DNA of 64,000 bases from the NCBI GenBank assembly GCA_963771465.1, contig CAVYTU010000012.1:32001-96000 (forward strand), in the 5' to 3' direction. The stretch is from an uncultured delta proteobacterium. Lineage in GTDB: Bacteria > Desulfobacterota > Binatia > UBA9968. Under the pieces are notes generated by a model. The model saw only the letters and a program-made list of their open reading frames with translations, made no database searches and was not told where the DNA came from. Positions 58,836-64,000 of the stretch are shown here, one piece after another (positions within the stretch are counted from its first letter, which is position 1; each line of letters opens with the position of its first letter). A program made the position numbers and the translations under genes.

Positions 58836-59174
58836 CTAATACTCGCCTTGACGGCGCAATTTCTCCAGTTCTCTGCGCTGCCGCTCGATTTCAGCTTGAT
58901 TGGAGTCCATCTGCTTTTGTTGGTCGGCTTGTTTGATTTCCTGCCCTTGGAGTTGGTCGCCAATCAAGGCGCCGGCGCCGAGTCCAAGCGTGCCGCCGAC
59001 CGCCGCGCCGACTCCAGGCGCACCCACGGCCGCTCCGATGATACCACCTAGCGCAGCGCCGCCGAAAGCGCCGATGCCTGCGCCTTTTTCTCGCGTGGTC
59101 AAGTTACCGCCGGCGCAGCCGACGAGCGTGCCGACAAGCACAACAATCATGAGAGTGTTGACTGAACGATTCAT
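58836..59174 (-). CDS. Glycine-zipper lipoprotein
   Basis: Lipobox LVGC; close paralog of the N-terminal half of the adjacent OmpA protein. Confidence 0.85.
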   Translation of the reverse strand: MNRSVNTLMIVVLVGTLVGCAGGNLTTREKGAGIGAFGGAALGGIIGAAVGAPGVGAAVGGTLGLGAGALIGDQLQGQEIKQADQQKQMDSNQAEIERQRRELEKLRRQGEY

Positions 59175-59341
59175 CGTACCTCCTGAGATGTGTTCACGAT
59201 AGGAAGGTTTGGAGCTAGCGAAATATTAGCAAAACCGGCTTACGCCAGCAAGTTACGATGATCGATTTCGCGAACGGAGTACACTCAACCATTGCAATTA
59301 GACGATGGAAACACGGAATGGTTAATCCGCGTCAGCCATTG

Positions 59342-59371
59342 TTGACATCGTAGACCTTATAAGTCTATAGT
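59342..59371 (+). promoter_or_regulatory. Sigma70 promoter with overlapping inverted repeat
   Basis: TTGACA (59342-47), 18 bp, TATAGT (59366-71); TAGAC-N7-GTCTA at 59351-59367. Confidence 0.65.
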
Positions 59372-59394
59372 TTTTTCGCGTCGAAAGGAAAAAA

Positions 59395-60495
59395 GTGGAA
59401 TCGATTACCCAGGAAAACATTATCGCCGCTCTCAGCACGGTTCAGGATCCGGAACTGCATCGCGACATCGTCAGTTTGGGAATGGTGAAAAATCTCGCTG
59501 TGAATAGCGGCAGAGTCAGCTTTACCGTGGAACTCACGACGCCAGCTTGTCCGCTACGTGAAACCATTGAAAACGATTGTAAGAAGGCGTTGGCAGCCGT
59601 GCCCGGCATCAGCGGATTGGAAATCAGCTTTGGCGCGCAGGTGCGCGGCAGCAAGGCCGGCGCCGGTCAAACCGATTTACTGCCGACGGTGAAAAATGTC
59701 GTGCTCGTGGCCGCGGGTAAGGGTGGCGTGGGCAAATCGACCGTTGCCGCCAATCTTGCCGTTGCGTTGAAAATGCACGGTGCCAAGACTGGACTGCTCG
59801 ATGCCGATATCTACGGTCCGTCGGTGCCGATCATCATGGGGGTGAAAGGCGAACCGAATAAAGTTGACGTCGACGGCGGGCAGAAAATCGCGCCGGCGAT
59901 GGCGCATGGTGTTCCCGTCATGTCGATCGGCTTTTTTCTCGATCCCGACCAGGCGGTGATCTGGCGTGGGCCGATGTTGGGCAAGGCGCTGCACCAATTG
60001 ATGGCCGACGTGCATTGGGGCGAATTAGACTATCTCGTCGTCGATATGCCGCCGGGCACGGGCGATGTGCAGATTACTTTCTCGCAGCAGCTCAAAGTAA
60101 GCGGCGCCTTATTGGTGGCGACACCGCAAAAGGTGGCGCTCGCCGACGTTGTACGGGCGAAGAGCATGTTCGACAAAGTGATGATTCCGATCGTCGGGCT
60201 GGTCGAGAACATGAGCTACTTCATCTGCGATGGTTGCAACAAAGAGCATGATATCTTTGCTCGCGGCGGCGCGAAGCAAGCCGCCGAGCGGTTCCAGATT
60301 CCCTTTCTCGGTGAGATTCCGATCACGCCGGCGCTGCGCAAAGGCGGCGACGAGGGCGTGCCGATATTGATTCAAGATCCGAATTCACCGGTGAGCAAAA
60401 GTTTCTTGGAGATCGCGGCGAAATTAGCGGGACAGCTATCGATTGCCTCGGAGCGCGCGCAAAAGGCACAGGGACTCAAGATCGTATCGAGTTAG
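59395..60495 (+). CDS. mrp: Mrp/ApbC/NBP35 Fe-S carrier ATPase
   Basis: V.DPEL..DIV, GKGGVGKST, DADIYGPS, WRGPM, DMPPGTGD, ENMS.F.C..C. Confidence 0.95.
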   Translation: MESITQENIIAALSTVQDPELHRDIVSLGMVKNLAVNSGRVSFTVELTTPACPLRETIENDCKKALAAVPGISGLEISFGAQVRGSKAGAGQTDLLPTVKNVVLVAAGKGGVGKSTVAANLAVALKMHGAKTGLLDADIYGPSVPIIMGVKGEPNKVDVDGGQKIAPAMAHGVPVMSIGFFLDPDQAVIWRGPMLGKALHQLMADVHWGELDYLVVDMPPGTGDVQITFSQQLKVSGALLVATPQKVALADVVRAKSMFDKVMIPIVGLVENMSYFICDGCNKEHDIFARGGAKQAAERFQIPFLGEIPITPALRKGGDEGVPILIQDPNSPVSKSFLEIAAKLAGQLSIASERAQKAQGLKIVSS

Positions 60496-60535
60496 CGATT
60501 CTGTCCATAAGTGACGGAGCATAGAGAGGTAAACC

Positions 60536-60835
60536 ATGATTACGAAAGACCAAGTCTACGAAGCGTTGCACGAATGCTACGACCCGGAGATTCCGGTCAA
60601 CATCGTCGACCTCGGTTTGGTTTACGATGTCGAAGTCAATGACGACAAGGTCGCGGTCAAGATGACGCTTACGGCGCCCGGCTGCGGCATGGGGACGATG
60701 ATCGCCGCGGACGCCAAGGAAAAAATCATGGCCATCGATGGCGTCGGCGACGCGACGGTCGATTTGGTCTGGGATCCGCCGTGGAATCCGAGCATGATCG
60801 CCGAAGAGGCCAAGCAGCGCCTCGGCATTGTTTAG
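60536..60835 (+). CDS. DUF59/SufT-like Fe-S assembly protein
   Basis: [28 protein letters not shown]. Confidence 0.93.
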   Translation: MITKDQVYEALHECYDPEIPVNIVDLGLVYDVEVNDDKVAVKMTLTAPGCGMGTMIAADAKEKIMAIDGVGDATVDLVWDPPWNPSMIAEEAKQRLGIV

Positions 60836-60874
60836 TTCGCTCCGACCAGATCAATTTCAGCTCTGACTGCAACG

Positions 60875-62134
60875 ATGGTCGACAAGCCGAGAATTCGCCC
60901 GATCGAAGCCTTTCCCGTCCAACACGACGGCAAAACTCTCATCTATCTCAAAGACCCGCTCAATCTTGCCACGCCGATCGGCATCTCGCCGGTGGGATAT
61001 TTTTTGCTGGCGCATCTCGACGGCGGTCATTCTTTCATCGATATCCAAGCAGCCTACAATCAACGCTTCGGCGCGCTGCTGATGAGCGATGAGTTTAAAG
61101 GCTTCGTCGCTATGCTCGATCAACACCACTATTTGGAAAGCGAGCGGTTCGAAAAATATCGCAAAGCGGTGCTGCTGGAATTTCGCCGGCTGCCGACCCG
61201 CGCTCCTGCCCATGTCGGCGGCGGCTACAAGAGCGATCCGATGGAATTGACCGCGCAGCTCGACAGCTACTTTCTTGCGCCGAAAGGTCCTGGGCTGCCG
61301 TCGGCCGTGAACGGCGCTGCGGCGCCAAAGGCCCCCAAAGCAGTTGTCGCGCCGCACATCGATTTTCACCGCGGCGGACCAGCCTACGCCTGGGCATACA
61401 AACCGCTCGCGGATAGCGCAGGCGCCGATCTCTACATTATTCTCGGCACGTCGCATTGCAGCGGCCAGACTCCTTACATTCTGACGCGCAAGGACTTTGA
61501 AACTCCTCTGGGATTGGTCGAAACCGATGCTGAGTTTGTCAGCCGCTTGCAGGCCAAGTGCGCCGAGGACTGTTTTGCCGACGAGTATCTCCACCGCGGC
61601 GAGCATTCCATCGAGTTCCAAGTGCTGTTTCTAAAATATGTCGCGCAGAAGCGCGCGGCGTTGACGGGCCAGCCGGAAAAGCCGTTTAAGATCGTGCCGA
61701 TATTGGTTTCATCATTTCATGAAATGATGATGAGCCGGACTTTGCCGGAGCAGACCGAAGCTGTCGGAACGTTTTTGCGCACGCTGCGGGAAATGGCGCA
61801 CGGCGATTCGCGGCGAGTATGTTTCGTTGCCGGTGTCGACCTCGCTCACGTCGGCCGGCAGTTCGGCGATACCGAACCGGTCACCGATGATTTTCTCAAA
61901 TGGGTCGAAGCGGAAGATCGCCAACTCGTCGATCGTCTTGCTTCACTCGACGCGCCGGGTTTTTTCAACGAGATCGCCAAGGATGAGGACAAGCGAAAAA
62001 TTTGCGGCTTCTCACCGCTCTATTCGCTGATTCACCTGCTCGACGGCGCCCGTGGTAATCATCTCCACTACGGTCAAGCATTCACAGCCGAGACCGGCTC
62101 CGCAGTGACGTTTACGAGTGTGATCTTTGAGTGA
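60875..62134 (+). CDS. amrB: AmmeMemoRadiSam protein B (MEMO1 family) with N-terminal extension
   Basis: APHID, LGTSH, FETPLG, H..EHSIEFQ, DLAHVG, ICG. Confidence 0.88.
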   Translation: MVDKPRIRPIEAFPVQHDGKTLIYLKDPLNLATPIGISPVGYFLLAHLDGGHSFIDIQAAYNQRFGALLMSDEFKGFVAMLDQHHYLESERFEKYRKAVLLEFRRLPTRAPAHVGGGYKSDPMELTAQLDSYFLAPKGPGLPSAVNGAAAPKAPKAVVAPHIDFHRGGPAYAWAYKPLADSAGADLYIILGTSHCSGQTPYILTRKDFETPLGLVETDAEFVSRLQAKCAEDCFADEYLHRGEHSIEFQVLFLKYVAQKRAALTGQPEKPFKIVPILVSSFHEMMMSRTLPEQTEAVGTFLRTLREMAHGDSRRVCFVAGVDLAHVGRQFGDTEPVTDDFLKWVEAEDRQLVDRLASLDAPGFFNEIAKDEDKRKICGFSPLYSLIHLLDGARGNHLHYGQAFTAETGSAVTFTSVIFE

Positions 62135-62230
62135 CGAGATAGAGATAGAGAAAAGACACGGCGCTGTGTCATAGCTCTATCATCGTTTTCCATCTCTCCA
62201 TCTCAGTCCCTATCTTTCTTCTCGAATTCT

Positions 62231-62989
62231 TCAGTGCATATTCATGCCGCCGTCGACGCCGATGGCTTGGCCGGTCATGAAGTCGCTGTCGTCCGAGGCG
62301 AGGAATATAACTGTGCCCACCAAGTCTGCGGGGTATTGATCGCGCTGGAGTGCGCGGCGCTTTCTGCGGTCGGCGAGTTGTTCGGGACTGGTGACTCCTT
62401 CTTGGTTTGGGCTGGAGATAGTCAGGCCGGGCATGATGGAGTTCACGCAAATATTGTCGCCGCCCACTTCTCTGGCGAGAGCGCGGGTGAAACCGAGAAC
62501 ACCGGCTTTGGAAGACACATAGTGCAGAAAGAACGGCGTGCCGCTCTGCGTCGTGCCCGACGAGATGTTGATGATCTTGCCTTTTTGCTGTTGCTTCATC
62601 GCCGGGTAGACGGCTTTGACGCAAAGAAAGAGTCCTTTGACATTGACGGCCATGACCCGGTCCCATTCGTCCGTGTCGATCTCCATGAAGGCTTTCTTTT
62701 TTAGCGCGGAGTAGAGACCGGCGTTGTTTACCAGGATGTCGATGCGGCCGTATTCTTTTAACGCGGTCGCGGCCATCGCTTGGGTTTTTCCTGGCGAAGT
62801 CACGTCAACGGCCACGGCGATGGCTTCACCGCCCGCAGCTTTGATATCCGAGGCAACCTTTTTGGCTTCGGCTTCCTGAATGTCGGCGACCACAACTTTC
62901 GCGCCTTCTAATGCAAGTCCGTGTGCGTAAGCTTTGCCGATACCCACGCCGCCGCCGGTTACGATCGCAACTTTGTCTTTCAAGCGCAT
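62231..62989 (-). CDS. SDR family oxidoreductase
   Basis: TGGGVGIG, NNAG, Y..SK, TGQ...VDGG. Confidence 0.93.
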   Translation of the reverse strand: MRLKDKVAIVTGGGVGIGKAYAHGLALEGAKVVVADIQEAEAKKVASDIKAAGGEAIAVAVDVTSPGKTQAMAATALKEYGRIDILVNNAGLYSALKKKAFMEIDTDEWDRVMAVNVKGLFLCVKAVYPAMKQQQKGKIINISSGTTQSGTPFFLHYVSSKAGVLGFTRALAREVGGDNICVNSIMPGLTISSPNQEGVTSPEQLADRRKRRALQRDQYPADLVGTVIFLASDDSDFMTGQAIGVDGGMNMH

Positions 62990-63001
62990 AATCCGTCTCC
63001 G

Positions 63002-64000
63002 TTAGATCTTCAGCCGGTAAAAATTAACCGGATTGTCGTGCAGAATCGCTTTCTTGGCTTCGTCGCTGATATCGTCTCGTTCGAGAAACTCCGGGATGTC
63101 GCGCTTGAACATGTCGGGCAGCCGCTCGTGCGGATAGTCGGACGGCCACATCAGACATTTCGGATTGAACTGCTGAAGCACGAAGGGCAAGGCTTTTTCT
63201 TCGACTTCGCAGGTCGTCCAGATTTGGCCGTTGCGAATCAGCTCGCTCGGTTTCTGCTTCAATAGCGGCGCTTGCACGCGGTAAGGCTTTTCCATTTCTT
63301 CGTCCATGCGGTCCATCATGTACGGTAGCCAGCCGCAGCCGGCTTCGAGAAACGCGACTCTGAGTTTGGGGAAGCGCACGAACACGCCTTCAAAAACCAT
63401 GTGGGTGAATTGAATCAAGATCGCAAAGGGATGTTCAAGGGTATGAACGTGGAGAAACTTATTGAAAAAATCGAAGCCCATGCCGCGGCTCGGCGCGCCG
63501 TGAACGGTTAACGGCATGTCGAGTCTTTCCGCCGCTTCGTAGATCGGATCGAAGTCGGTGTGGCCGTAGCCTTTGTGTAGCCACGTCACCGCCGGCAACA
63601 GGCCGGCAACGTGGCCCAGAGATTTCGCGCGCTCCAGTTCTTTCGCCGCTTCGAGCGGTTCGTGCACCGGCAAGATCGCCACGCCTTGAAGACGCGGACT
63701 TTGTTTGATGAAACGATCGGCGAGCCAGGAATTATAGGCGCGCGCGAGCACGCAGGCCCATTCGGGATTTTGTATCAAGCCCAATCCCAGACCGCCGGTT
63801 GGATAGAGCACGGTCATGTGAACGCCGAGCTCGTCTAAAAATTGCAGCCAGCGCGGCGCGGGAGTTTCCGGATCTTTGCCGGGCACGCCGGTGCCGCGGT
63901 TCCAACCGTCGAGTGAGGGAAAATAGCCGTAGGTTTCAAAGTGGGGCGCGCTGGTGTAGCGCCCGCCGAGATAGTCGTGCAGCTCGCGGTCTTTTTCCAA
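63002..64000 (-). CDS. Amidohydrolase_2 family protein (5' end outside window)
   Basis: ARAYNSWLAD, PL.VH, FPKLRVAFLEAGCGW, SDYPH. Confidence 0.9.
   Translation of the reverse strand: MEKDRELHDYLGGRYTSAPHFETYGYFPSLDGWNRGTGVPGKDPETPAPRWLQFLDELGVHMTVLYPTGGLGLGLIQNPEWACVLARAYNSWLADRFIKQSPRLQGVAILPVHEPLEAAKELERAKSLGHVAGLLPAVTWLHKGYGHTDFDPIYEAAERLDMPLTVHGAPSRGMGFDFFNKFLHVHTLEHPFAILIQFTHMVFEGVFVRFPKLRVAFLEAGCGWLPYMMDRMDEEMEKPYRVQAPLLKQKPSELIRNGQIWTTCEVEEKALPFVLQQFNPKCLMWPSDYPHERLPDMFKRDIPEFLERDDISDEAKKAILHDNPVNFYRLKI

Noticed and set aside
60857-61621. Long antisense ORFs (also 13380-14177, 29085-29774 and others)
   Set aside because: Shadow frames of well-supported genes in GC-rich DNA, with no motifs.
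62133-62230. GAGATA/TCCATCTC short repeats between convergent genes
   Set aside because: Short, low-complexity and single in the window; probably a REP or terminator-like spacer.

Overview
A GC-rich bacterial window with two parts. Gene content (Mrp/DUF59/AmrB, type IV minor pilins, many amidohydrolase/SDR-type genes) resembles Binatota/Deltaproteobacteria; this is inference. The left part (~1-34.7 kb) looks like an accessory island ending in a 15-bp tmRNA/tRNA-Ala-like 3' end (CCGCCGCGTCCACCA, 34658-34672), a probable att site. It carries two GH63 glucosidases, a GH13 amylase, a SemiSWEET-like protein, DUF2252, MlaC-like, aqpZ, an orphan TAXI receptor, patatin, PLD and zwf. It also has a caa3 oxidase + Rieske/cytochrome bc operon, a GMC oxidoreductase, an MFS, an RhlA/PhaG-like hydrolase and a DUF4410-B12 radical SAM-DUF4105-lipase operon. 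Three island promoters share a DosR-box-like palindrome, TTGGAC-N4-GTCCAA. A 0.7-kb spacer (10.7-11.45 kb) is a patchwork of short diverged pieces of several genes. The right part (35-64 kb) is more core-like: Na/Ca antiporter, GST, a surface-glycan locus (GT-C, GT2, GT4s, wzm/wzt, methyltransferase, HAD), pilD with minor pilins behind a sigma54-like promoter, plsY, OmpA lipoproteins, mrp-DUF59-amrB, an SDR and an amidohydrolase. Many genes, mostly in 1-23 kb, have indels that look like long-read consensus errors. All family calls come from motif recognition by eye, not database searches.
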